Shown here one piece after another: positions 1-8,230 of a stretch of 30,839 bases of DNA. The position numbers were made by a program, and so were the translations under genes. Under the pieces are notes generated by a model. The model was not told the origin of the DNA. It saw only the letters and a program-made list of their open reading frames with translations, and ran no database searches. Origin of the DNA: Candidatus Hadarchaeota archaeon (GTDB lineage: Archaea > CAYQAE01 > CAYVLA01); NCBI GenBank assembly GCA_964452145.1, contig CAYVLA010000029.1:1-30839 (forward strand), given 5' to 3'. Positions within the stretch are counted from its first letter, which is position 1; each line of letters starts with the position of its first letter.

Positions 1-890
1 TGATCCCCTTCTATCTGAACCAGTTCGATCCAGCGGTGGACTACTTCACCAATGTCGAGGAGAGGATACTGAACAAGGGCAGCCTTCTGTACCTAGAGGC
101 CGAGTTCCTTCTCAGGCAGGAGCTGCGGGAGCCGACGAGCTACATGGCCATCCTGAGATCGATGTCGCTGGGCAACACGAGATTCAATCAGATCACTGAC
201 GAGAGTGGTCTGGACAAGTCGGTGGTTTCGAAGTACCTGTCGGTACTGGAAGCCCTCCACATCGTGGAGAGGGCCTATCCTGTTGGGGAGAGGCAGCGGA
301 AGAGGAGGGTGCTGTACAGGCTTCGGGACAACTACTTCGACTTTTGGTTCAGATACGTGTTCCCCAACAGATCACTTCTGGAGCAAGGGAGAAAGCAGGT
401 AGTTCTGGAACTGGTCAGAAAGGATCTGGACAACTACCTGGGAAGGATCTTCGAGAAGGCTACAGCTAGCATGCTGTGGAGACGCGACCGCACCGGGCAG
501 CTGCCGCTCCGCTTGAAGGAACTGGGGCCATGGTGGGGAGGACGGGAAGAGATAGATCTGGTCGGGCATGACGGGTCCAACAACATCCTCTTAGCCGAGT
601 GCAAGTGGAAGGACCTTGAACCCGGGGAGGCCTTTGGCATACTAGAGAAGCTCAGGCAGAAGCAGGAACTGGTGCCTTGGAGGAAGGATAGAAGGAAGGG
701 GTGGCTTTGCCTCATCGCGAGATCGATGGAAGGCAAAGAGGATGTCGTCGCCGAGGGGCACTTGGCCTTCGATCTGGATGACTTCTGGCCTGGGAGGCCC
801 GATTCGACGCGCCCAGACAGCACTCCGTCGATCACTGCCGATGCCCTGCCTTCGAGTAAGGAATCCAAAGAACAACATGTGCCGCCCTGA
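1..890 (+). CDS. Archaeal AAA+ ATPase with C-terminal DUF234/PD-(D/E)XK nuclease-like domain; 5'-truncated by the window edge
   Basis: The frame is open from position 3 (IPFYLNQFDPAVDYF). It shows a winged-helix segment (SVVSKYLSVLEALHIVER), YRLRDNYFDFWFRYVFP, and the C-terminal WW..REEIDLV..LAECKW motif typical of this family. Confidence 0.88.
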   Translation, partial: IPFYLNQFDPAVDYFTNVEERILNKGSLLYLEAEFLLRQELREPTSYMAILRSMSLGNTRFNQITDESGLDKSVVSKYLSVLEALHIVERAYPVGERQRKRRVLYRLRDNYFDFWFRYVFPNRSLLEQGRKQVVLELVRKDLDNYLGRIFEKATASMLWRRDRTGQLPLRLKELGPWWGGREEIDLVGHDGSNNILLAECKWKDLEPGEAFGILEKLRQKQELVPWRKDRRKGWLCLIARSMEGKEDVVAEGHLAFDLDDFWPGRPDSTRPDSTPSITADALPSSKESKEQHVPP

Positions 891-977
891 CACCGAGCAG
901 CGACGCAGCCTAGCCAACCCGTCGCCTAGGGGCAAAGGCTTTCTAAGAGTCACCCTTAGGCTGTTGACCGTCTGGGA

Positions 978-1490
978 CTAGATCTGTTCCAGCTTCTCGA
1001 GGAACGCAGCAAGCAGGTCGTGAGTGACGAAGAACCCGCGCTCCGGGAGCGCGAGTACCAGTCTCCTGGCGTCCTTTTTCTGCATTAGTCCTCTCTGAGT
1101 TGCCAGAAGTATGATGGCCAGGGTGCCCAGGTGCCCGACGCCCATGAGTTCTGCAACCTTCGCAGCCCTGCTATCGTCGAGGCAGACCGGAACCCCTGCG
1201 CCCTTTGCGACAACTATCGCTGCACCACCCGCCTTGCTGATGTCGCTGAACGTTCTCCGGAGCTGCAGGACCTCAGCTTCCTGTGCCTCACTCAACTCCA
1301 CCTCTCTCAGCCAGCCGTCCTGTTTCCCCTTCTCAGCCATCCCGGCATCCTGATAACCGTAGGTCTTCCCGCTTAGGACCTCCCTCGTCACATCGGCCGG
1401 AGCGATCACCTCGTCGAAGAGGTCCCGCAGGAGATGCAGATAGCTTAGCTTGGCCAGGTATATCAGCGGCGTGGAGTTCGTGGCGATCAT
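978..1490 (-). CDS. DUF3368/COG2405 PIN-domain (VapC-like) toxin, possibly catalytically degenerate
   Basis: Motifs NSTPLIYLAKL..LHLLRDLFDEVIAP..V.REV, CLDD..A.K.A..MGV..LGTLAIIL and the C-terminal RGFFV. It lies directly downstream of a UPF0175-type gene. Confidence 0.88.
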   Translation of the reverse strand: MIATNSTPLIYLAKLSYLHLLRDLFDEVIAPADVTREVLSGKTYGYQDAGMAEKGKQDGWLREVELSEAQEAEVLQLRRTFSDISKAGGAAIVVAKGAGVPVCLDDSRAAKVAELMGVGHLGTLAIILLATQRGLMQKKDARRLVLALPERGFFVTHDLLAAFLEKLEQI

Positions 1491-1791
1491 CCGTGCAGCT
1501 CCAGACTCCTGCGCAGGTCTTCACCAGAATAGGGTATCGGAATCTTCTTGATCCGCATCGTCTCAACAGGTCCCAGATGGATACGCCTGCAATCTCCGCC
1601 CCCCTCGAAACCGTCACCTTCCCATCGCGGAGCAGCTCAACTGCCTTCTTCAGATCGTAGTGCCTGGCCCCCTCCTCCAGGAGACGTCTGATCGTTTCAG
1701 ATCTATCCGACTGCATGTCGGGCTGGATCTCCCTTATCTTCGAGAGCAAGGCCCTGTCCACGCGGGTCGCAATCTGTACCTTTGAACCCAC
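1487..1791 (-). pseudogene. UPF0175-family antitoxin (RHH-like N-terminus plus HTH) with a 1-nt deletion frameshift near 1563
   Basis: GTG at 1791 follows GGTGGTGGA. Motifs DRSETIRRLLEEG and AVELLRDGKVTVSRGAEIAGVSIWDLL. The shifted frame continues ETMRIKKIPIPYSGEDLRRSLELHG* and its TGA overlaps the toxin ATG (ATGA), giving about 101 aa once repaired. Confidence 0.85.
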
Positions 1792-1989
1792 TCCACCACC
1801 GGTTTCAGTAATGCATCCGCGAGCTATAGGTGTTACCATCATCTATCACAAACGGTAACGCTGTGTGGGCGTTCCTGGGCACGTGCCTTGCAGGAGTACG
1901 AAGTACAAGCGTTCAGCCCACAGGGATGACTGCGCGGCCTCCGTGACCCAGGTGTAGGACTCTGGACCCCGATCTCTGGTGCGGTAACG

Positions 1990-2006
1990 GCGCGCAAGAT
2001 ATAATA
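1990..2006 (+). promoter_or_regulatory. Putative BRE/TATA element for the sulfatase gene
   Basis: GCGCGCAAGATATAATA is an AT-rich island about 24 nt before ATG 2030. Confidence 0.5.
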
Positions 2007-2029
2007 CTGGGCCAGCTTGAGGGCCGGAC

Positions 2030-3493
2030 ATGCCGAACCTGCTCTTCATCTTCACCGATGAACAGAGAGCAGACACCCTGGGCGCCTATGGCAACGCCCG
2101 TATCCAGACGCCCAACCTGGATAGCCTCGCATCGGAAGGCACCGTGTTCGAGAAGGCCTACGTCACCCAACCCGTCTGCACCCCGTCACGATCCTCCATA
2201 CTGACCGGCCTCTACCCCCACACCAACCGCTGCACCGCAAACAACATCCCCCTCGGCCTGGACACGCCGTGCCTACCCGAGATGCTGGGCGGGAAGTACT
2301 CAACGGGCTACCACGGCAAGTGGCACCTGGGAGATGAGATCTTCGCCCAGCACGGATTCGACGACTGGAGGAGCATCGAGGACGGCTACAGGAAGTACTA
2401 CCGCGAGAACCGCGACCCCGACGAGCGATCGACCTATCACCGTTTCCTGGTCCAGCACGGATTCAAGCCAGAGGAAGGAAATGTCTTCGGGCGCAAGACC
2501 TGCGCCGGATTCCCCGAGCAATACGGCAAGCCCGCCTACCTGGCCCGGGAGGCCTCACGCTTCATCCGGGCCCACAGGGACGAGCCCTTCATCCTCTTCG
2601 TCAACTTCCTCGAACCACACATGCCGTTTACCAGCCCCAGGGACAACCAGTACGATCCTGCGGAGGTGACCCTGCCGCCCAACTTCAACAACCCGCCAAC
2701 CGAGGACCAGCCCCTCAAAGCCCGCCTTATGTACCGCAGCTACTATGAGAAGGGCCACGGCGGCATGTCGCTTAAGACCGAGGGGGACTGGCGGAGGCTC
2801 ATAGCCAACTACTCGGGCCTCTGCAGCCTCGTGGACACCCACGCCGGCAGGATAATCCAGACACTGAGGGAATGCGGCCTATACGACGACACCATCATCG
2901 TCTACACCTCGGACCACGGGGACATGATGGGCAGCCACCGGCTCCTCGCTAAGTGCGTCATGTTCGAGGAAGCGGTCACCGTACCCCTTATAATCAAGCC
3001 GGCCGGGGACCACCAACCCCACCGGGTCAAGGGCCCGGTGAGCCAGATAGACCTGGTACCCACCCTCCTGGATCTCATGGACGAGAAGATCCCCAACCAC
3101 TTGCAGGGCAAGAGCCTCAAGAACCTCATATTATCAGGCGCGGAGCCCGAGAGGGACGTATTCATCGAGTGGAACGGCCGCAATACTGGCATCCCCCTCC
3201 GCGAAAGGGTGGCCGGTCAGGAGAGCATAAGCCTGCCGAAGGGATTCGACGAGAGCCGGGCGAGTGCGGCGATCGAGGATCAGGTCAGGACCGTCGTCAC
3301 CCAGGATGGCTGGAAGCTCAACCTTAGCCCCATGGGCGAACACGAGCTCTACAACCTGTTCCAGGACCCATCGGAGACTAGGAACCTCGCCGCAAGACCG
3401 ATCCACACAAGACTCATGAAGGACCTATATGATCGCATAAAGCAGTGGCAGGAGGACACGTCGGACGCGATCTCACTGCCCGAGCTCCCCTGA
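2030..3493 (+). CDS. Formylglycine-dependent (S1) sulfatase, cytoplasmic
   Basis: PNLLFIFTDEQRAD, TPNLD.LA..G, the signature C-T-P-S-R (CxPxR) followed by LTGLYP, GKWHLG, PHMP, YTSDHGDM and ELYNL..DP.E..NL. No signal peptide. Confidence 0.95.
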   Translation: MPNLLFIFTDEQRADTLGAYGNARIQTPNLDSLASEGTVFEKAYVTQPVCTPSRSSILTGLYPHTNRCTANNIPLGLDTPCLPEMLGGKYSTGYHGKWHLGDEIFAQHGFDDWRSIEDGYRKYYRENRDPDERSTYHRFLVQHGFKPEEGNVFGRKTCAGFPEQYGKPAYLAREASRFIRAHRDEPFILFVNFLEPHMPFTSPRDNQYDPAEVTLPPNFNNPPTEDQPLKARLMYRSYYEKGHGGMSLKTEGDWRRLIANYSGLCSLVDTHAGRIIQTLRECGLYDDTIIVYTSDHGDMMGSHRLLAKCVMFEEAVTVPLIIKPAGDHQPHRVKGPVSQIDLVPTLLDLMDEKIPNHLQGKSLKNLILSGAEPERDVFIEWNGRNTGIPLRERVAGQESISLPKGFDESRASAAIEDQVRTVVTQDGWKLNLSPMGEHELYNLFQDPSETRNLAARPIHTRLMKDLYDRIKQWQEDTSDAISLPELP

Positions 3494-4014
3494 TCGCCCC
3501 GGTCGCTGCTCACAACAAGGCCGGGGATTCTACCGGACCATACCTCCTCCCCAACGATACGGCCATCAGGGATCTGACACATTGACTCCGGGCATGGAAG
3601 TCCTTGGCCCAACAGATATCGTAGCATGATGGCCTTACTGATGGCTGTATCGGGCATGGATATGAGGGCCTGACGATCTCGGTCACGTCCCCACCCGCCA
3701 ATCGCCAGCTGTCGCAGCGACCCCGACCCAGCATTCGGGTTGAGGCCTTATATCTATCCCGTGGGTGATGGACCGCCCATTCCATCCGCGGGAAGGATAC
3801 CCTGCCATGTTGGGGGACCGCATCCACGGGTACCAGTCGGCAAGCAGCGCCAACAACTTCGAGGAACAGCAAGAGGCAAAGATCATCTGTGCAGGGTCTG
3901 CGGAGATGATGGCTATACTTTCAGCGCACTCCTTGTTCGTCTCAGGGCCGACCGGTAGATGAGCGGGATCGGGGCACCAGCGGATTGGGCGGGTCGGGTC
4001 GAGTGATAAATGCC

Positions 4015-4022
4015 TTTTTATC
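4015..4022 (+). promoter_or_regulatory. Putative TATA box
   Basis: TTTTTATC about 23 nt upstream of the probable TTG start at 4045. Confidence 0.5.
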
Positions 4023-4044
4023 TACACGAGGCGGGGATGGCTCG

Positions 4045-5865
4045 TTGTCGCGACGCACGCTGATCGCATGTAGCGCGGTTCTGGCCCTGCTCGCGGCCGC
4101 GCCGGTGATCGCGGACGAGGCGGTTCCCTTCGTCATGGCCATCTACAATCCCCATTCCCAGACCGGGAGCCACACATGGACCTTCGAGGAGCTTGCAGCC
4201 CACGGCTTTGACGCCTTCTACCAGCAGGCGGACTGGACCTGGGAGTGGTTCAGTCCTGGCTGGCACGAGAAGAGGATGGGAACCGACAGCGTCGAAGCCG
4301 CCAAGCATGGCCTGCACTACGTTGCCGGCGGGTACTACCACTCCCCGCCCTGGGACATGATAAACTTCACTTACTCCAGGGCCGTCAATAAGGCCGGGAC
4401 CATCGAGACCCTTACCCCTTCCCCGGTGGACGACAACTACTGGAGGTATATCATCGAGGAGGGCGCGATCAACATCGCGAACCTGTCCCTCTACTACCCT
4501 ATCTGGGGCCTTGTCTGGGACGTCGAACTCTACAACCACGGGGCCTTCCGGCCCTCGGACTACAGCTACGACGAGGCGGCCCTAGAGGAGTTCGCACGGG
4601 ACTACGGGGTGACGATCCCCTTGCTCCCCCACAATGATCGCCATGGCTGGCTGAAGGATAAAGGTCTCCTGGAGGCCTTTCAGGACTGGCAGTCGAACAA
4701 GGTGTACAGAATGGCCAGGGGGACCCTGGAGAAGGTCCGCGCCATAAACCCCAATATCAGGCTGGGAATACTCTGCTTCGAAGAGGAATCATGGTGGCAC
4801 TGGGCCCTGGTAAGGGGATTCGGAACGGACGATAGCCCCACGAGCGCTTGGAGCGAGAAAACCTATGCCGGCTTCAAGTTCGGGCCCGGCGACTCGGACA
4901 AGACCTATCTCGAGATATGGGCTGAACACGACGTCCGTGGCCAATGGCTCCCGGGGATCGCGGCAATAGACCCATGGAAACAGTTCGCGGCCATTGAGCA
5001 GGCGCTCCGGCACGTCGGCCATCTCTGGCTTTACCAGAGGCAGTATCCGGAGGAGAGGGGTCCGGAGTTCGACAGGACCTTCTCCTTCGTCCACAAGTAC
5101 ATCCTATGGAACGGAACCGCCATCAACCCCCTTCCCACGTTCAGGCTTCATCCCTGGATCAGCGCGAGCCCCCACATGGGTCCGTCTGGGCTGGTATCCT
5201 GCTTCCTTGATACATACGTCTGGAAGACGCCGCCGCCCACCTCATTCCAGATCATCACGGACGTGTCGGAGGTGGAGTACTCCGGCGGCTTCAACTACAC
5301 GACCAAGATGCTGAGGGGGCCCAACCCGACGCTGCAGCCCAGGGACTTCCCCTGCGTTATCTATGGCATCACGAGGGATGATCTTGAGAAGACCGAGACC
5401 TTCGCGGTGATACGCGAGGTCGAGGACCTCCTCGGCTTCCTCGCACGCCTCGGTCTCGGGGACCTCGCGGAGGTTGCCTCCGAGATCGCACGGGCCAGGC
5501 TCGATCTGGATGCAGGCAGGGTGACCGAATCCAAGGCCAGGGCCTACCAAGCCAGATCCAGTGCCTACGAGGCCATCCAAGGCCTCGTCTGGCCCCTCGT
5601 GGATGAGGCACGGAGGGATCCCAGAAACAGCCAGATGCCCCTGAGCCTCGTCAGCGTCTTCTCGAATGCAAAGAACATGATTTCGCGGGCGGATGTGTAT
5701 AAGGGACAGGCCTACTTCTACTCGGCCATGAAGGACTGGTCTCTCTCAGTCCGTGAACCGCTCCCCGTGGCAGCCGCCCTCGCTGTGCTAACCGGCGTGG
5801 CGAGATTCCGAAGGCTCTTGCGCCAAGCCGCGCCGCCAAACGGTCGCCGGGCAAGGGTTTTATAA
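4045..5865 (+). CDS. Secreted, C-terminally anchored putative glycoside-hydrolase-like (TIM-barrel) protein
   Basis: Probable start is TTG 4045, giving signal peptide MSRRTLIACSAVLALLAAAPVIA. The catalytic-like region is Trp/Tyr-rich (PSPVDDNYW, GLVWDVELY, DYSYDEAALEEF, VRAINPNIRLG). A helical stalk follows, then VRE + hydrophobic segment + RFRR. The family assignment is tentative. Confidence 0.65.
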   Translation: MSRRTLIACSAVLALLAAAPVIADEAVPFVMAIYNPHSQTGSHTWTFEELAAHGFDAFYQQADWTWEWFSPGWHEKRMGTDSVEAAKHGLHYVAGGYYHSPPWDMINFTYSRAVNKAGTIETLTPSPVDDNYWRYIIEEGAINIANLSLYYPIWGLVWDVELYNHGAFRPSDYSYDEAALEEFARDYGVTIPLLPHNDRHGWLKDKGLLEAFQDWQSNKVYRMARGTLEKVRAINPNIRLGILCFEEESWWHWALVRGFGTDDSPTSAWSEKTYAGFKFGPGDSDKTYLEIWAEHDVRGQWLPGIAAIDPWKQFAAIEQALRHVGHLWLYQRQYPEERGPEFDRTFSFVHKYILWNGTAINPLPTFRLHPWISASPHMGPSGLVSCFLDTYVWKTPPPTSFQIITDVSEVEYSGGFNYTTKMLRGPNPTLQPRDFPCVIYGITRDDLEKTETFAVIREVEDLLGFLARLGLGDLAEVASEIARARLDLDAGRVTESKARAYQARSSAYEAIQGLVWPLVDEARRDPRNSQMPLSLVSVFSNAKNMISRADVYKGQAYFYSAMKDWSLSVREPLPVAAALAVLTGVARFRRLLRQAAPPNGRRARVL

Positions 5866-5866
5866 G
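5851..5866 (+). promoter_or_regulatory. Putative BRE/TATA for the 765-aa surface protein gene, overlapping the upstream stop codon
   Basis: GCAAGGGTTTTATAAG; its TAA is the stop codon of the 4045-5865 gene. Confidence 0.5.
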
Positions 5867-5924
5867 CTCATCCAATCCCCTGTAAGGGGGACCCGGCAAC
5901 GTCCTCGGAATGGCGGGTGGTTGA

Positions 5925-8222
5925 GTGTCGCAACACAGGACCCTGACGCTGATGCTGGTGGTATTGCTCGCATCCCTAGCGTTGGCAGCCATGCCGGTCT
6001 CAAGACCCATCGTGCCCCCTCCTCCCGAATACCAGTTCGACGAGCGCGCCTGGCTGAAGGAGGATGATGCACCCCCCGAGACCTGGCACCAATACGACGA
6101 TACGGGATCCAATAGGCTCAATCTCACCTACCGATACTCACAGTGCAACATGGCCTACGTTGCGAAGCGCAATGCCAGCGCCGGGAGCCTCAACGTCACA
6201 TTCATCGTGTACCACAACTCCAGCTTGTCCAGCGGCTTCAACCGCACCGGCCATCTCTTCCCGGGCTCCCAGCCCAACTGGTCCCTCACGGTCCCGCTCC
6301 ACTCCAGCCATGCCTCCGGGGAGTTCACCTACAATCTGTTCGTCACCACATTCGACCCCCAAGGAGTCCCCGGCGAATTCCAGGTCCGCATCAACACAAC
6401 CGATCCTCTCCTTGGCTCCAGCTGGACCAGCCCCGACGGAAACCCTAACGTCCCGTGGATGTTTTTCCATGTGCCCACCTCCCATCCGTCGCTGCGGATT
6501 GTTGACCAGCTGAGCAGGTCACAGCCCTTCTACATCGACGGCCCCTCTCCCTCGACCGTGATGAACCTGACCTTCGTGATTGACCCGCCCGGGAACAGCA
6601 CGGGTTCCGCAGATGCCACGGTGACCTGGCTCAGCCCCGCCGGTTTGGTCATCATGAATCATACTGTCCCGGTTATGTACGAACCCCGCCTCGGATGGTG
6701 GGCCCAGGACATAGTCAAGGCAAATGCATCAGCCTTCCCTGCCAATGCGACCCACCCGTACTCCGTCCAGGTCCGGGTCGGCTACTTCTCGGCCTCATTG
6801 CAGTACGTCGTGCTGTCCACCCAGTGGGTCAAGGTGAAGATGGATGTGAATCCGCGATACGGCCAGTGGTTTGACCCCAGCAGCTTCGAGGTCAGCCTCG
6901 CCATCGAGATAAACACCGGTTTCCCTAACAACCCCTACGCAGAGGTCGGGAATCTCACGATGCAGCTTTGGAATCTCAGCGCGTATCTGGGATTCTTCGC
7001 TAACCTGAGCTGGAACATCAGCGGCTACCCCGTCATTCCGGGAAGCAGCTACACCTACACCTGGACCGGGACGATTCCAGCCAACCTCATCGATCCATCG
7101 GCCAACGGATCACAGGAGTTCTTCGGCTACTACAAGGTTTTGTCCGTGCCCACGCCGGGCCTTCACCCCGCGCTGATGGCCGAGAAGTCCTTCTACGTCG
7201 ACGATCCCCTGGAAATCTACTCGTCGCTGAACCAGTCATCAGGCTACGGCAGAAGCGCCTTCCAGGCTGGAGATACGATCTGGGTCAACGTCGAATTGGA
7301 CCCGACCTTCCTGAGGACACGCCAGAACCAGAACGAGCCCTACTCGAACACCATCTGCTCGATCATCTGGGACTGGCCCGATCCGCCGCCGGACTATGTC
7401 AAGGCGGAGTCGGTGACCGCAACCAAGAGCGCCGCGTGGCATTCATCACAGTACTGGGCCTTCAGCACCATCGGCACAAACACTTCCACCCCCGATGGCA
7501 TCTACCGGGTCAGGGCAAGCACAACATGCAACAGCGGGTACGTTGTCTGGGACTGGCAGTACTGCGACATCCTGGGCTCCTACACACCCCCGGTGGAGGA
7601 TCCGCCATACCCGCCGTACACGACGATATCCCCTCCATCGAGCCAGGAATGGCGCGCCATCACCGAGATCAAGCTCTACTCTGCGGATCCTTTCCCAGGA
7701 ACAGGGGTCAAGGCCATATACTGCCAGATCGACAATGGGCCTGTCCAGGCCTGGCCTCCCACGGTAGTGTATCTGACCGGGCTGCAGGGCAGCCACACCT
7801 ACACGTACTGGTCGGAGGATAATGCGGGAAACATCGAGATGCCCAAGACGGCCCTGGTCAAGATCGATACGCTTCCGCCTCGCACCACGATCTACCCCAC
7901 CTCGAGCAATGATGTGCATCCACCACCCCTGTTCGTGCAGCTCCAAGCGTTCGACCCCCACCCCGGCTCGGGGATCCACAGGACCTACTACATGATCGAT
8001 TCCTCGGGCCCGATGGAGTATCCGCCCGACGGCTTCCTTGCCCTAGAGGGAGATCACGTCTACAGCTACTGGTCCGTGGACCGGGCAGGGAACTGTGAGG
8101 CCATGAGGGAGGCATGGATCCGGGTGGCCATCCGCGATAGCGCTGCACCGATCATGATTCTCTCAGCCGCCGTGGTGATTGCCCGATTCTTCCGAGGCCG
8201 AACACGATCGATGAGCAGATAG
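5925..8222 (+). CDS. Cell-surface glycoprotein, beta-rich, with two C-terminal Ig-like (OmpL47-type) repeats and a membrane anchor
   Basis: Signal peptide MSQHRTLTLMLVVLLASLALA. I count 19 N-X-S/T sequons. Two repeats carry PP.TTI...G.G....Y..ID.....G.H.Y.YWS.D.AGN.E. The C-terminus is IRD + hydrophobic segment + RFFRGR. Confidence 0.8.
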   Translation: MSQHRTLTLMLVVLLASLALAAMPVSRPIVPPPPEYQFDERAWLKEDDAPPETWHQYDDTGSNRLNLTYRYSQCNMAYVAKRNASAGSLNVTFIVYHNSSLSSGFNRTGHLFPGSQPNWSLTVPLHSSHASGEFTYNLFVTTFDPQGVPGEFQVRINTTDPLLGSSWTSPDGNPNVPWMFFHVPTSHPSLRIVDQLSRSQPFYIDGPSPSTVMNLTFVIDPPGNSTGSADATVTWLSPAGLVIMNHTVPVMYEPRLGWWAQDIVKANASAFPANATHPYSVQVRVGYFSASLQYVVLSTQWVKVKMDVNPRYGQWFDPSSFEVSLAIEINTGFPNNPYAEVGNLTMQLWNLSAYLGFFANLSWNISGYPVIPGSSYTYTWTGTIPANLIDPSANGSQEFFGYYKVLSVPTPGLHPALMAEKSFYVDDPLEIYSSLNQSSGYGRSAFQAGDTIWVNVELDPTFLRTRQNQNEPYSNTICSIIWDWPDPPPDYVKAESVTATKSAAWHSSQYWAFSTIGTNTSTPDGIYRVRASTTCNSGYVVWDWQYCDILGSYTPPVEDPPYPPYTTISPPSSQEWRAITEIKLYSADPFPGTGVKAIYCQIDNGPVQAWPPTVVYLTGLQGSHTYTYWSEDNAGNIEMPKTALVKIDTLPPRTTIYPTSSNDVHPPPLFVQLQAFDPHPGSGIHRTYYMIDSSGPMEYPPDGFLALEGDHVYSYWSVDRAGNCEAMREAWIRVAIRDSAAPIMILSAAVVIARFFRGRTRSMSR
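7599..8126 (+). repeat. Tandem duplication of an ~89-aa Ig-like domain
   Basis: Copy 1 from 7599 (DPPYPPYTTI...YWSEDNAGNIE); copy 2 from 7866 (DTLPPRTTI...YWSVDRAGNCE); period 267 nt. Confidence 0.85.
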
Positions 8223-8230
8223 CAGGGTCT

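Noticed and set aside
787..960. Non-conserved ATPase tail (RPDSTRPDST) and a possible decayed PIN fragment on the minus strand (DSLLEGRASAVIDGVLSGRVE)
   Set aside because: The resemblance is too short and needs frameshifts; it cannot be supported without a search.
1555..1570. Programmed ribosomal frameshift in the antitoxin
   Set aside because: There is no slippery heptamer or homopolymer run at the shift site. A simple deletion or read error is more parsimonious.
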